Shown: piece by piece, positions 13,941-27,169 of the stretch
Layout of the letters: every line of letters starts with the position of its first letter
Numbering within the stretch: position 1 is the stretch's first letter
NCBI GenBank assembly: GCA_013265495.1
Contig: MU057744.1
Coordinates: 186,001-250,000 of the forward strand
Direction: 5' to 3'
DNA length: 64,000 nucleotides
From: Vicugna vicugna
Taxonomy: Eukaryota
Program-made: the position numbers and the translations under genes
The notes under the pieces: generated by a model
What the model was told of the DNA's origin: nothing
Seen by the model: only the letters and a program-made list of their open reading frames with translations
Database searches by the model: none

Positions 13941-14644
13941 GGGGGAAAGACTAAAGCCAGGAAACTTTCACACTACACACTGACATTGTAGATCACTGTA
14001 TTACAAAACAAACTCTAACACAACCCTGTATCGTTAATAGCTGTTTACCATTGTTAAATGGCAGAATTTCATAACTTATCTAAAACATTACATATTGACA
14101 TTAACTTACCTTAGTTTCCTAAAAACATTGAATACAGTTCACTTCATGGTCAAGTATAGTAGCCATCATTATCTGCACCATTCACTCAATAACTTTTATG
14201 CAGTCGTTCAACAAACCGTTCAAGAACACAGTGGTGCAGAGTAACTGCTAGTATCACGGACATCTGTTCTCGGTACTTGGCATTGGTAGACCTAAAGTAC
14301 CAGCTACAGTAAAATCTAAATTTAGCTCCCTGATCCATATAAACTCAGATGTCTTATTTATGACCTAATTGGAGCTATCTACCCATTTGTATTAGATAAA
14401 ATCATCCAAGATTTTCTGAATCAAAGAGACATTCATTTTTTTTTGCTGACATTTTTAATACTAGATGGAAGATATGTCTTCTACTTTATTAGGTATTTTA
14501 ATAAAATATGCAGACGTACATATTTTATGAGGTGACAACTGTCTACATGATGGTAAAAAGCATATGAAAGTAGAGTTCTGCTAGATTAGATGGGTGTTTT
14601 CTTAATTATCTGATAAACCAAAGGCACAGCAAGATTAAGAAACA

Positions 14645-14750
14645 TTTTTTTCTTTTTACTTTTTTAATTAAAGTATAGATGACATACAGTATTATATTAG
14701 TTTTAGGTATAGAGCACATTGATTTGACATTTATATTCATTCCAAACTGA
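14645..14750 (-). mobile_element. L1 3' terminal fragment
   Basis: T-rich tail then aattaaagtatagatgacatacagtattatattagttttaggtatagagcac. Confidence 0.65.
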
Positions 14751-14989
14751 AGACTGACATTTTCGAGGTTACTGGGATAACTATACTTAATATTTTTAGT
14801 TTTACAAGAGTGTAGTTGTTTTAAGGTAAGCAAACTACTTGATTATGATGAATACCACAAGTGTAACAGTATTATGAAATACTTCTAATACTAAAGATAT
14901 TTAAGTGATTAATGACTTCATGCCAAGTCCTAACTCACAAAGGAAACCCAACTGCTCTCACCCTTAAAGGCAGGAAGGGCTGCACTCAC

Positions 14990-15144
14990 CTCCTCTTCAC
15001 TGCTGTTGTCCTCCTTTTCTTTCTCATCGTCTTCCTCCTCCTCCTCCTCCTCCGCCTCACTGCTGGAACTATCTTCCTTCAGTTCAGTCTTCCAGTTTGC
15101 AGGAATGGTTCTACTTTTGTGAAATTCAAGAGCCTGGTCAAAGG
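14990..15144 (-). CDS. ARID4B: ARID4B coding exon (~exon 11), 155 nt, (A)[51 protein letters not shown]
   Basis: ctttccag|CCTTTGAC...GAGGAG|gtgagt; phase 1-0; ORF 14930..15214. Confidence 0.95.
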
Positions 15145-15224
15145 CTGGAAAGAGGCCATAAACTACATTACCTGGAGAAATTGAGACAACTAATTTCTCT
15201 AAAAATATTAACAAGATAAAGAAA

Positions 15225-15370
15225 TAAAAACTACTGCGCTACCACCACCGACACGTATGAAGTGTCTGCTGTGTGCAGGCACCGTGCTAACTGCTTTTCC
15301 GTGTAGCAACTCGTTCGATCCTAACAGTCTTAGTTACTTGACACCTATTTTATAGATGGCAAAACTGCTA
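15225..15370 (-). mobile_element. MIR fragment
   Basis: gtgtgcaggcaccgtgctaactgcttt...cctattttatagatggcaaaactg. Confidence 0.65.
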
Positions 15371-16084
15371 CCATTTGAAGGTGACAGGGTCAAACAAAAA
15401 CAAGAGAAAAGGGAAGTTTTCTTCTTTTAAACAAAAATCAAGAATGCCTAGTAAAAAAAATACTTTGAGATAGGTAAATCTTTCATTGTTTTAGCACACC
15501 CCCAAAATGATTATTAAACAGTATTATATACCAGGCACAGAGCCAATGTACTAAACATACAATATGTGAAAATATACTATAAATATATCCTCTACATTCC
15601 TAGTTAAACCTGAATTCAAATTATAACAATTAGATTAAATTAAAATTATCTAGACACAGCTATTCTCCCTCTACAACACATGGAAATAAATTCTAAACCA
15701 TAAATCCTTGATGATCTTTAACCAGTCTGCAGAGCACATTATTTGATTCGATGAAAATGGGCAAAGAAAAAACCACAGCTATTTACAATGCCAAAAATTA
15801 AGGAAGAAATGCAATTACAGCATATTCTACAATAAAATATAACTATTATATTATGACAAATGCCAAGTCAAAATTACTTTGATTCCTGTTTCTGCCATCC
15901 TCAGGAACTAATATTTTATTTACTAGGCAAAAGCCAGACTACAGTAATAACTGATAATATAATTCTTTCCCACTTTTAGATTATTACCCAAATATAAGCT
16001 AAAAAAGAAAGAAAAGAAAACCTATAACAAAAGACACGAGTTTACAAAAGTATAAGTCACACAGAACCAAACGTTAACTTTAAG

Positions 16085-16180
16085 TTTTTTTTTTTTTTTC
16101 AATAGAGAGACTGGGGATCGAACCCAGGACCTTGTGCAGGCTAAGCATGTCTCTAACACTGAGCTGTACCCTCCCCTCCC
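16085..16180 (-). mobile_element. tRNA-Ala-derived SINE (camelid Vic-1 type)
   Basis: Reverse strand reads GGGGAGGGTACAGCTCAGTGTTAGAGACATGCTTAGCCTGCACAAGGTCCTGGGTTCGATCCCCAG followed by poly-A; A and B boxes visible; flanking taactttaa repeat as probable TSD. Confidence 0.85.
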
Positions 16181-16300
16181 AATGTAACTTTAAAGACTTA
16201 ACTTAGGAAAAAAATTTTAAGAGCAAAAGAATATTTAATCTTCAAAAAATACTTCATCAGTTTTAAAATTAACTATAATCTGTTCCCGGAGGCCCCTTAC

Positions 16301-16377
16301 CTTGTTTTAATACAGCATCAGGCTTTGGTGCAGTATCACTAGTAATTTCATGGACATCCTTTCTTGGGACGGAAGTA
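16301..16377 (-). CDS. ARID4B: ARID4B coding exon (~exon 10), 77 nt, TSVPRKDVHEITSDTAPKPDAVLKQ
   Basis: aatgtag|TACTTCC...CAAG|gtaagg; phase 2-1. Confidence 0.93.
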
Positions 16378-17029
16378 CTACATTGTTTTTTAATTTCAAA
16401 GGAAAAAAACAACAAAAATACAATAGAGATTAACTGAGAGACAAATTACTCACCACAGAAAGAGAGTGAAAAAATGAGAACACTGACATTTACAATGAAA
16501 GTGATTACAAACAGGGTTGTAAGTCCCAAACAAAATGCTAAGCAGAATGTTAAAATATGTAATCATTTACAGATGGACCTCACCTTAAGAGAGGCTTTAT
16601 AAACAATAAGGTATTCTCAAATATCAAAGCGTCCTTGGCTAAATGCAGTATTAAAAATTCTGAAATACTAAAAATAATAAATGAAAATGTCTGGATACCA
16701 GAATGTTATCAATCCAATAAAAGAGTAAGTCAAATAGCAAGAATTTGATATCATCTTGGAATAATCACAAAATATTACTAGATTTAAGATTAGAAGAAAA
16801 TGGACTATTTTATAACATAAAATGTTCTTTTAACAATTTTTAAAAAATTGAATCCTAGATTTACCAGCAAAGTTCTAACATGTAATTTCAGGGTCTGTCA
16901 TAAGTCACATATATTTCCTATTTTACACTAATTAGTTATCATTCAGCTTTTCTGCATTTGGTTTGTATCAGTCGATCCACAAAAGCCTCAAAACTCTTCC
17001 AAATACATTTTTCAGCCTGCTTCTTAAAA

Positions 17030-17200
17030 AAATCTTTTACTAAAAATTTTCAAATATATACAAAAGTAGATAGACTAGTACAACTGTAACAGTCATTAAC
17101 TCCATTTACACCACTACCTATCTCCTCCCACCCCGACTGGTTTCTTCTGAAGCAAATCTCAGACATTATATAATTTGATTTATAATAGTTCATTGTGGAG
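17030..17200 (-). mobile_element. Old L1 (L1MC-like) 3' fragment
   Basis: aaaattttcaaatatatacaaaagtagatagactagtacaa...gaagcaaatctcagacattatataattt; similar to 52080-52270. Confidence 0.6.
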
Positions 17201-17898
17201 CTTTATATTTCAGAGTTCAAACTTTTCCATTTTGTGAAAATGAGTTGCATAGATTGTTTTAAAAAAACAACTTTTCAGAACTTGAAAACCCAAAACAGTA
17301 ATCTTAAACCATGATGATCCTTTTCAGGTATAGTCACCCAATTGGGCAAAATATAAAATACTTGTCTTTTCCAGTCACACAATTCTTAAAGGAAAAAAAA
17401 AACCCATAGAAATTCATAACTCAGTTCTGAAAAAGTTCTACATAAAAAATTACATTAATACTTAACATACATTTATAGTAACTCATTTTAATCCTCAGAC
17501 TACTGCAGAAGTTGAATGTTACACAACAGATTATCACTACAACCATTAAGACGTAATTAAAATTATTAGAATTCCTACTGAGATTTTTAAAAACAATTAA
17601 TATATCAACCAAGTATTACATGTGGTAGATACAATGAATTTTCCTCTACAAATCGTCAGCTATTAACAGGCAAATATTGAAAAATTAGACAGCACTGACA
17701 GTTTGGTTTACAAAAGACCAAAATGAGTAAGAAAAGACATAAGCCTACTCAACCTAAAGATAATACGAAAAACGATCATACTTTGAAACGTTCTGGATGA
17801 TGAAAAGGAAAAGCATAGGTCACTGCAAATAACTAATTTATAATTTACCATCAATTGGAAAAACAGCATATTTTTCATACCAAATGAGTTATACTTAC

Positions 17899-17978
17899 AA
17901 TTTGCCATCTTTGAAAGAGCGAACAAGAATATTGTCTTTTTTCACAGCAATTTCATCACTACAATCAGGACAAACCAC
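17899..17978 (-). CDS. ARID4B: ARID4B coding exon (~exon 9), 80 nt, VVCPDCSDEIAVKKDNILVRSFKDGK(F)
   Basis: tttttttaaaag|GTGGTTTGT...AAATT|gtaagt; phase 0-2. Confidence 0.95.
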
Positions 17979-20887
17979 CTTTTAAAAAAACGTGAAACTA
18001 TTATAACTAAAAGCACATTTATAGATAGTTACATAAGTATTAACTTTTTAAATCCTTTTTTAAAAGTTTCAGCTTAAAATCTGAAAACTAATTTTAGTTT
18101 GAGGGTAAAGAGTTGTACAAATATGTGGGCACACACAAGTAATTTTAAATTTATATCCTCTACCCTTCCAGCTCCCTGGATTACCCACATAGTTCACGAC
18201 CGTGGCCATGACTAGACTGAGGCTGTGGCCCTCATCCGAGGCAGAGGAGAAGCTGGAATGACAGGGATCCAGGGTGGGAAAGAGGGTCTTAATAAAAGGT
18301 CTGCGTCACGACTAAGAGAATGGCAGGGCCCAGAATGGGGTTAGGTATCAGAAGCTTAACCAGAGCAGTCTCTAACTTAAAAGACAGAAATGACATTTAC
18401 CTGCTATTTACATGCTAATGTATACTTGAACACACACTACAATTTCTTCCTAATATCATCCACTCAAAAAGTAAGCACTTTAAAGTGGGCACCTTCCTGG
18501 AGTCTGTATTAGATTTACTATTAACAAAATAAAAGATTTGTTTTATTTGAAGTCACCCCAGCTTTTAAAGTAAGGATAAAGCATGCCTTTCCAAAAGTAA
18601 TACTAATGCAAGACACCTATGAATTTTTATTATTTTAATCCCAAGATAGCTCACTATGTATACCAAGAACAACAGTGTTGTTACCATTTTTAAATAAAAA
18701 TGGGATGAATAAGTACAACAGGTCTGTCTTCAGACAGTCTCATCAGTTCTGAAAAATGACATGACGGTGATACAGGCATGTGACCGCCCCCACAGGTGTG
18801 AGAACAGCTACAAACAGGTAAGTTCTAATTCAGTCTTTAAAAGGTTCACAACTTCCATAATTACACTGCATTAAGCACTGCTTACATGTTGATGGCATTC
18901 TGAAATAATTCACTGATGAGAGACACGTATTAGTGCTAGGAAACCTTTCCTGTCATTTCAGGAAAGTCCTAAAGTAAATACTTAGTATTTGTTCATTCAT
19001 TGATTTATTAAGTCACTCTACAAACATTAACCCCTTTGGAGAGCACAGAGGCCAAGACAGTCACTGTTCCTCCCCACAGTACTGAACAGAGAGACGCCCA
19101 GGTCTGGAGCTCAGCACAGAGGCCTGAACTCTAAGACATAAACTTGGAAGTAAGGAGTCTAGTATCATGGGTCTAAAATTTGGGTCTAAGCCTGTGAGCC
19201 AAATCTGCCCATTTCTTCTTACTCATGGGCTCACCCAGGGCTGTGAAAACCACGCCAGCGGCAGGCAGCTCTGGCCAGCACCGAGGGCGGTGGGTGAGCA
19301 AGCGGGGCCACCGGACTACAGTCTACGTTTCACCTCCGTTCACCCTTGTCTGTCATTTTCTTGTCCCTAAGACATTTCAGTGTACTATCTCTGCAACCAG
19401 TGCTGTAAAGGGGACAGGATTACCCTGAAGAGAATACAGAGCAATAGATTCTGAACCCTGAATAACAACATTTAAAGCGTGGTCGGAGAGAAACAGTGAA
19501 GGAAACTGAAAAGGAGGCTTTGTGAGTCAGGGAAGCTAGATTCCCCACCTTAAAACGGGGGTAAACACCACTTACTTTTCAGCCCCAATTAGTATTAAAT
19601 GAGACTAAGTTCTTATGTGAACGAGCCAGCACAGCACCTGGCCAGCAGAAATGCTCCAAGCACAGCGGCTCTTCACAGTTCCTAGGAGCAGGCAATTATT
19701 CTCTAACATGAAAATGTTACCAAACACTTGTCAAATTTTACTCAATTTATAAATGCTAATTTCAAAAATAGAAACACAAACATTGTTTATGTGATTATGT
19801 CAAGACTGTTCGATTTAGAACACAATTTCACTCCAGTTGGCAAAAATTATTCATCACTACCCAAAAGATCTCAATTTGGTGGGGAGGATAATACACATAA
19901 ATAATGCTAAGATTTTTAAAATAATAATGAAACGTGGTTGACTAAGCAGGTTATGGATCTTTCAGTATTGTAAAGCTTTAAATATTTTTCTCATCCTCAA
20001 GAAAACTAGAAATTATGATGAGAGAATGTTAATACTGAAAATACTGACTGTGAAAATTTAAATGTTCCTATTGTTTTAGAAAAAGACACACAAAGCTCTT
20101 TTAAAACATATTTTCAAAAGAAATTCTTACAAAGAATCTTAGTGCTTTAGGAAAAAAGAAATGATCACATACACCGACACTGAAGTTTTCAGCTTACCAT
20201 TAACCCAAAGCTTGACGAGGCACTCAACCCTCGTAACACTCACTCTCCTCATCTCCAAACGAGGATAAAGAAGACACACCTCGTAATCCTTATAAAGATC
20301 TAGCACAGTCCTTGCACATAAGAGGCACCCAACAAATGTCGGATGGATACATGGATACAGGCAGAGGCAGGAAGGTATCAAAGTATTTACACTTATTAAA
20401 AGAAACAATTGCTCTCATTAGTTTTAATTATAATTTTATGAGCTGACATTTACTGGGCACTTAATTTGTGGAAAGCACTTAACTAAGCACTCAGGACAAA
20501 GAATACAAAACGTCCACTAAGAAGGATGACAAACAGACACCATCTGTAGACAACAGGAGAAAACAAGATTCTGCTCCTCTTGTGCAGCCATTCGCATGGT
20601 AGATTTAGAAGTTTAAAAACTTTGCATTAGGAATTTTTTTCTCTCTTCCCAAAACAGAGAGAGCAATGTAAACACACCTATCCTCTAAAATTATCATGAT
20701 TTTGCCTTTTTTGGTAGACTTCAAGAGCTCTTTGCACTCAATTTTTAAAGTAAGCTGTGTAAACTAAATGATGCTACAATCATTTCCTCATTTTGTACCT
20801 ATGAAAAATACTAATAAGAAGATAAACTGTTTCCTTCATGAACTTAAATAGTTGAAAATTAAACTCTCTCATACTGGAATTACTCAC

Positions 20888-21026
20888 CAATGCAGGAAAC
20901 CACAGTGCTTTCTTTTTATCCAAACTAACATAATCTACGCATACAACTTTTCCTAGTAGCTCATCAATCTGTTTCCTATCATCCTCGTCTTCATCACTGG
21001 AGGATGAAGAAGACTCTTCCTCTGGT
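20888..21026 (-). CDS. ARID4B: ARID4B coding exon (~exon 8), 139 nt, PEEESSSSSSDEDEDDRKQIDELLGKVVCVDYVSLDKKKALWFPAL
   Basis: tttccctag|ACCAGAG...GCATTG|gtgagt; phase 2-0; start of RBB1NT/PWWP-like domain. Confidence 0.95.
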
Positions 21027-22899
21027 CTAGGGAAAGAAAAAAAAATAATAAGATATTTCTATTCATCTTCACAAAGAATAAGCATAACAAGTTGATAAAT
21101 ATAGGTATCCTGTAAATCTTGCCCATTTCCTTAAATGTACAGAACAGCTAATTCAAATTTTTAAGTAGTTTTCTAAATTTTTAAAGAATAATTTTTTTAA
21201 AAGGTTATCATTAGAGGACAGCATACCAGTTTCCTAAAAATCTTTCAGGTTTACTGAGTGTTATTTTAAACAACTGAGAGGAAGATCAGAACAGAATTAC
21301 TCTGATCCCCAAATTCTCAAAAAGCTGAAGGCCCTGTATTAAACATCCCAGGACTGCACTAAAATATACCAGACCCTCCTCTCAGGTTAAAGGAATTCTG
21401 GAGATGGTTAATTTTACACTCCTGGTACAAAGCTAAATTTAAAAGGGGGAAGGCAGGTCCTTAATAACTGGAGGTCAGGGTAGGGAGGGGAGGCCACCTG
21501 GTAAGAGTCACCAGTGCTGTCTTTAATATCATATATACACAAACTATGTATTCACAAGATGCTCAATATGGTTCTTTTGTATTATGTTAAAAATTCTTTT
21601 CAGTCACACTGTCTGCTGGACGTAGTTAATCAGAAAGATGTTAACTGCCAGAAGAAAAAGGAACTAACCAAAACCATCCATCTGATGGATTAGAGAGGAA
21701 AGTACAGAAAACTAAAAAGGAAAAAAAAACACACAACAAAAATTCTGAATCTGGTTCCAAGAAGGCCCACAATCAAATCAGTGCTAACAACTGATTGTAC
21801 AAAATGCCCAGAATAAGTAAAGATACCAAGACATGTTGAATAAACAGACTGCAATGTATGTACTTTTTATAAAATAAAACAGAATAATGACTAGTATTGA
21901 TTATCTAAAGAGATGAAAACATTTTTGGGATAGATAGCCATGACTAAGTTTACTGACAAAAAAATGTAAATTGACAGATTATTTTAAAACTTTAAACATG
22001 TATTTGGTTGATTGGAACAGACTCAATATAGTATTTTAAATCTGTCTTTGATGCCTTTCTCAAGGGATGACATTATATTGTCATCTATTGTATTTATATA
22101 TTCCAATGTATATTTATATAGTCCAACATAAACATAAAGGAAGCAAAAACTACTATAATATTATTGAACATTTTAGAGTGATGGAGGAACACCATTTGAT
22201 TTCAATGGTCACTCAATTAACTTAAAACTTGTCTCCTGGTAAAAACAAAACCAAAGCTTTAAAGTCTGCCACTGAGTAGAACTACTGTACTTCAAATGAC
22301 ACTTAAGGCAGTTTAACCCCTACTTAGAAAGTAGCCAATGGTAGTAGGAAAAACCAATGTACCTTCGTTTTAGCAGAGCATGAACACTTACAAACAGGCA
22401 CAGAGCTCAGGGTAGCAATTACAGACTCCACAAATCTGATTTCTACTTGATTGGCAGAGCTTCAAGGACAAGGACTTTTATCTCTCCACTTTCTAATGAC
22501 TGTAGAACACAACCAACCTCAAAACCATCCTTCCTGCTTTTTCAAAGGAGTCAGAGAAGACTCATTCAGCGAGAGTTTTATGGACACCCTTGATGTCATT
22601 ATCATTAACAAGACAGAAAGTCGCAATGTCAGAGACAACATTCATCAATCAACTCTGTAAAACGCAGAAAGAGAGGACTGGGCTTTGTATGGCTAACAAA
22701 GTTATCTGTGACAGCATAAAGCTTCTAATTTCTTTCATAAGACTTAACAACTGTGAAGCCTTCAGACATGAGAAAATCATATATATGGGGAGGTGGGGAG
22801 AGAAGCCTGACTGGCTGCATAAAGCTGCCCCGGCGCCACTCCGAAGCCCTCCCCACCCCCAAGTGGGCCTTTGCTCCCGCAGCGCTGTTTCCTTCTCAT

Positions 22900-23412
22900 G
22901 GGTCAGTTCTTCTGTCTCTGCCAGAATGAGCCCCACCAGCAGCCTCACTTCTAACAACGTGCTGTTATTGCCCCACCTGAAAAAGCAAAACATCCCCTGA
23001 CCTCACTTTCTCCACCAGCCACTACCTCATTTCGTGACTCCTCTTTGCAGAAGAACAGCCTGGGATAAGCATCTTTATCTCCAAACATGTGGGAGCTCCT
23101 TCACCTGCTCTAAGTCTCTGTTCAGACGTCACCTCAATGCACTCACCCCGACCAGCTTATTCAAATTTACAGCCTCCCCCACCTTACTCTTGTTATTTCC
23201 ATAGCACTCAGAAATCTATCATACTATAAAATTTACTTATTTCTTATGCTTTTTCTTTATTGCCCACCTCCCCTCAAGAGGGAACGTAAGCTCCAACAGC
23301 AGAGATTTTACAACATCTGTTTTGTTCACTAACGCATCCCAAGTCCCTGGACAGTGCCTGGCACAGCGCAGATGCTCAGTAAGGATTTGTGGACTAAATA
23401 AATGAACTGAAT
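22900..23412 (+). mobile_element. L2 3' fragment
   Basis: aacgtaagctccaacagcagag...tgttttgttcactaacgcatcccaagtccctggacagtgcctggcacagcgcagatgctcagtaaggatttgtggactaaataaatga. Confidence 0.75.
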
Positions 23413-24211
23413 AGATTTCTTTCTTTCTACTATGGTACTTCTGATTTTTATTTCTCCTGAAATCACAAAATGTATACAATCAGTATAATGTATACAAGCA
23501 GTAACCATACAAGGCTCTTTTGACTTTTCCTTTTAGAAGAGTTTAGCCATGAAACTGTTTACATGAGACAAGTTCTCAAAAAACTGATACACTAAAATAA
23601 ATGAGCATCAAGCATATTTTAAGGGAGCAAAGGCAGAACAAGCAGAGAACCCACTTGGTTTTTACTCCCCTCTGACACTGCTTCTTTGGTATCGAGGTAC
23701 GTGGTTACAGAGCCACAGCCAAGTGAAGCCCTGGCTCTGAAATGCCATCTGACGGTGACACCGGCAACAAGGCCAGTTCACGTGGGAATGTTCACCACAG
23801 CAAACTGACAGCTCATCACCTAAAGCTGATCACACACCACTATTAACTGTCAATTAACTGTAAATCAAATAAGAACTTCAGACATGTCCTACAGAATACC
23901 AAATGATGAGGTGAAGCCAGCCACCTGAGCTGGGAACTTCGAGGCTCAATCTCTGACACACACTTCTGACTTCAATGTTCCTTATGCTTTCAAACAACTC
24001 AGCTTCAAATTTTGTACAGTAAATTGAAAATCTGTATTAATATCAGAATGGTTGTCAACATGTAGCTTCTTAGAGCTTAAAACATACAGAACATATGAAT
24101 GGGTGTAAGCTTACCGATAAATGGGTTTGGATTTCTTCCCAACATCTATTAAGAAGGAAACTAGAACCAAATTCTCACATCAAAATAAAGCAGCTAATAA
24201 TAAAAAGAACT

Positions 24212-24325
24212 AGAATTAGACAGTGGTGCTGGTAGCAAAATTTTGTGAATATACTAAAAACACTGAATACTGTATACCTTAAAGGGATAATTTTATATGT
24301 GACTTATAACTCAATAAAAAAGAGT
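24212..24325 (+). mobile_element. Old L1M 3' terminal fragment
   Basis: gacagtggtgctggtagcaaaattttgtgaatatactaaaaacactgaatactgtatacctt...actcaataaaaaag. Confidence 0.7.
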
Positions 24326-25869
24326 TTTAAAGATCTGCAGACCTGTAAATACCAGGTACACATCACTAGTTTATTGAGTCAGCCTTAGCTCTATCACCAG
24401 GCAGAAGCCGTGCTCACAAATAATCCCTAAGAGAAGTCACTGCGAGCCTCATCGCGCTTCCGCCTGTGTCTGAAGGAGGAGTAACAGCAAGGAGACGGCT
24501 CTCCTACTTTAGCAGCGCCAGGTTACTGCCAAAAGCTTTTGGCGGGGAGGGAGGGAGACACAAGTATTTCTCTACTCTGAGGCATTCGTTCTGTTCTTTA
24601 GGCAGAATCAAACAGTTATAAAGGCAAAATTCAATCACGCTACACGTTGATCAAAAGGATCAATAACTTGATTTAAAAAAAGTAACCAAGAGGATGGTAA
24701 TCTTTAAAAATGAAAGTATTTGAATCTATTAGGATTAATTAATTAAAAGCAGAATATAAGTAAAACAAGGGACAGTGTCAAAAACAATCAACTTTGGAAT
24801 AGCTGGAGGCAAACTGACTGATACGTGGATTAACAGTTGTCAAAAGAAAACAAAGGTAGTGATATGCCATTTCAACAATGGAGTCCAGAGAATTTCGGGA
24901 AGAGATAACCTAATTTATTTTTGTACAAATTTTACGTGGCAATCAGAGAACCATAATGAAGACCTTTTTGAGCTGAGTAATGGAAGAGGAAACGAGGTCA
25001 GATAAATGACCTTAAGATCCAGGTTCCAGACTGTTGCAGAAAATCACTCTCAAGATAGGGGAGAAGGAACGTTGAGGAAATGCAATTAAGGAGACAGGCA
25101 TTGCAAACTGTGGTGCTTTACACACCAAGGCTTAAGCACTAAGCAAGAATGTGACAATGTCTCCAGGCAGCGAGAATGACCCAGCGGTGAGGTGAAGGAA
25201 GAGCGAGCCAGACTACAGATGAGTGCCTGAATGCCCTACAATGCTAATTCTCCACCTCTCGTCTGCCTTCATACTCTGCACACGTACAGCATGATTCCAA
25301 CAGCAAACCTTCATACACAGAGATTCTCAACAGGAGAATCACCAACTTAGAATGTTTGCTAGAGTCTTTAGAAAGCAAAGATCAACTTTCTCAGTGACAA
25401 CTGCATGTGTTAGTCTCATATTCAAGAAGATACATCCTCAGCTAAGAGACATAACAGGCATTTTAACTGATCATAATTTTTGGTCATTTTTGTAGATCAA
25501 TCTATGTGCTATTCTATAAACTACCTGATTTTTAATTTATCTTTTTACTTCTGGATGATATTTATAGAAAGGGAAAATATGTCTAAATATTATATGTAAT
25601 GTTTTCAAATTTTTAAAAATATTGATATAAAAACTTTTCCCTGCAATACACATATAATATAAACAAAAGAATATTGTTTTTAAAATTCATATAACATAGC
25701 CAGAAACAGTCCTGCCTGTCAGACATACACACCAGTAAGCAGAATTTACACTCACATACAAACACATTCTTATATATAAATGAAATCATGTTACACACTG
25801 GTATTTCATGGAAGTTTTTTCATTCAATACATGATGATGATACCCAGTACTTACAGAGTGATTACTACA

Positions 25870-26060
25870 TAAACCCTTTAAATATATAAACTCATTTAAT
25901 CTATGCAACAACTCCAAGAGACAGGTAATACTATTATCTTAATTTTACATATGAGACTGAGGCATGAAAAGTCCAAAGTCACACAGCAAAGAAATGGGAG
26001 AGGCAAGATTCAAACCCACGCCATCTTCCTCCACAGTTCACACTCTTAACTACGCCACAC
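25870..26060 (-). mobile_element. MIR SINE
   Basis: ctcatttaatctatgcaacaactccaagagacaggtaatactattatc...gagactgaggca...tccaaagtcacacagc...ggcaagattcaaaccca. Confidence 0.8.
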
Positions 26061-27169
26061 CACTACTCTCAAGGGCTTGAGAAGTGGGAAATCTTGGCTA
26101 ATGAGATAATTTTACATTAAATACACCCCACCTCACTGTACTGACAACATCAATCATAGTTAAGAATTGACTATAAAGCCATGGGGAAGGTGCTAATGTC
26201 AATGGTGGACAAAATTTTAATTCACAGTTGAAGTCATTAATTTTCAAAGAGATATCAAAAGATTTAACTTATAAGTGGTACAGGGAATATTTTATGACAA
26301 TACAACAGCCCTCTGAAAAACAATATTAGATAACAGTAACATTTAACAATCACAACAGGACTCTTTCATACTAATAATGCCATTGTGCATTTTTCATTTA
26401 TTTTTCTTTCTGGCTACAACACTCAATTTTTTTTTAAGAATGCTCGATTTTTAAATGTAATATGATGAAGAGTAAATAATAGTTACAAATGGAGTATCCT
26501 AAAAATAATCAAGACACTGGCAAGCTACATCACAAAATAAATTATTCAGCTAGTAACTGAGAAAAACATTTTCTAAAAGATTGAGAGAGTTAAGGGAGAA
26601 AAACAATGTATGGTCCAAGTCACTTGTGGGAAAGTAAGTAATATTAAATTTTTTTTCAATGCAAAGATTAGTCTTTTAATTTCCTCCCTCAAATGAATCA
26701 TTATATTCTGTTAAAACTATCCTGACAAGTAACTGCTGTACTCTTTTATCTAAACAACAACAACAAAAAATCAATCAACTGAATGAGAAAAGGCCTACAG
26801 AACACGGTGAGTTCAAGACCTAGTCCTTTCCCTCCTCTGTTCCTTGGATTAGTTATTCCAAGGCCAATTTCCCCAATTTTTAATAGGGATTAAAAAATAA
26901 CACCCACCTTCATGAGTTTGCTGTAAGGCTGAACTAAACACCACGAGAGACAGGCTTACCCAATTTCCATCTCCAAAGCTCAGCCACTGCTACATTTAAT
27001 GCCTGATTGCATATTGTGAATGGAAGCATTCACTTACAATAAAGGTTTCAGTAATTCAACTCAGTATTCCTAACAGCTACTCTGACAATATTTGGCTTAG
27101 GCACATTAAATTTTAAAAAATTTTATCCGAGTAAAATACTCAAAATTGTTTTTAAAATAACCTTCAACA

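Noticed and set aside
16105..16180. tRNA-Ala-like sequences as genuine tRNA genes (also 51730-51800 and 59197-59270)
   Set aside because: Broken acceptor stems, A-rich tails and TSD-like flanks indicate SINEs.
18814..18824. Plus-strand consensus donors (also ~28834 and ~61745) suggesting an antisense lncRNA
   Set aside because: Isolated motifs at about chance frequency, with no linked acceptor, promoter or exon chain.
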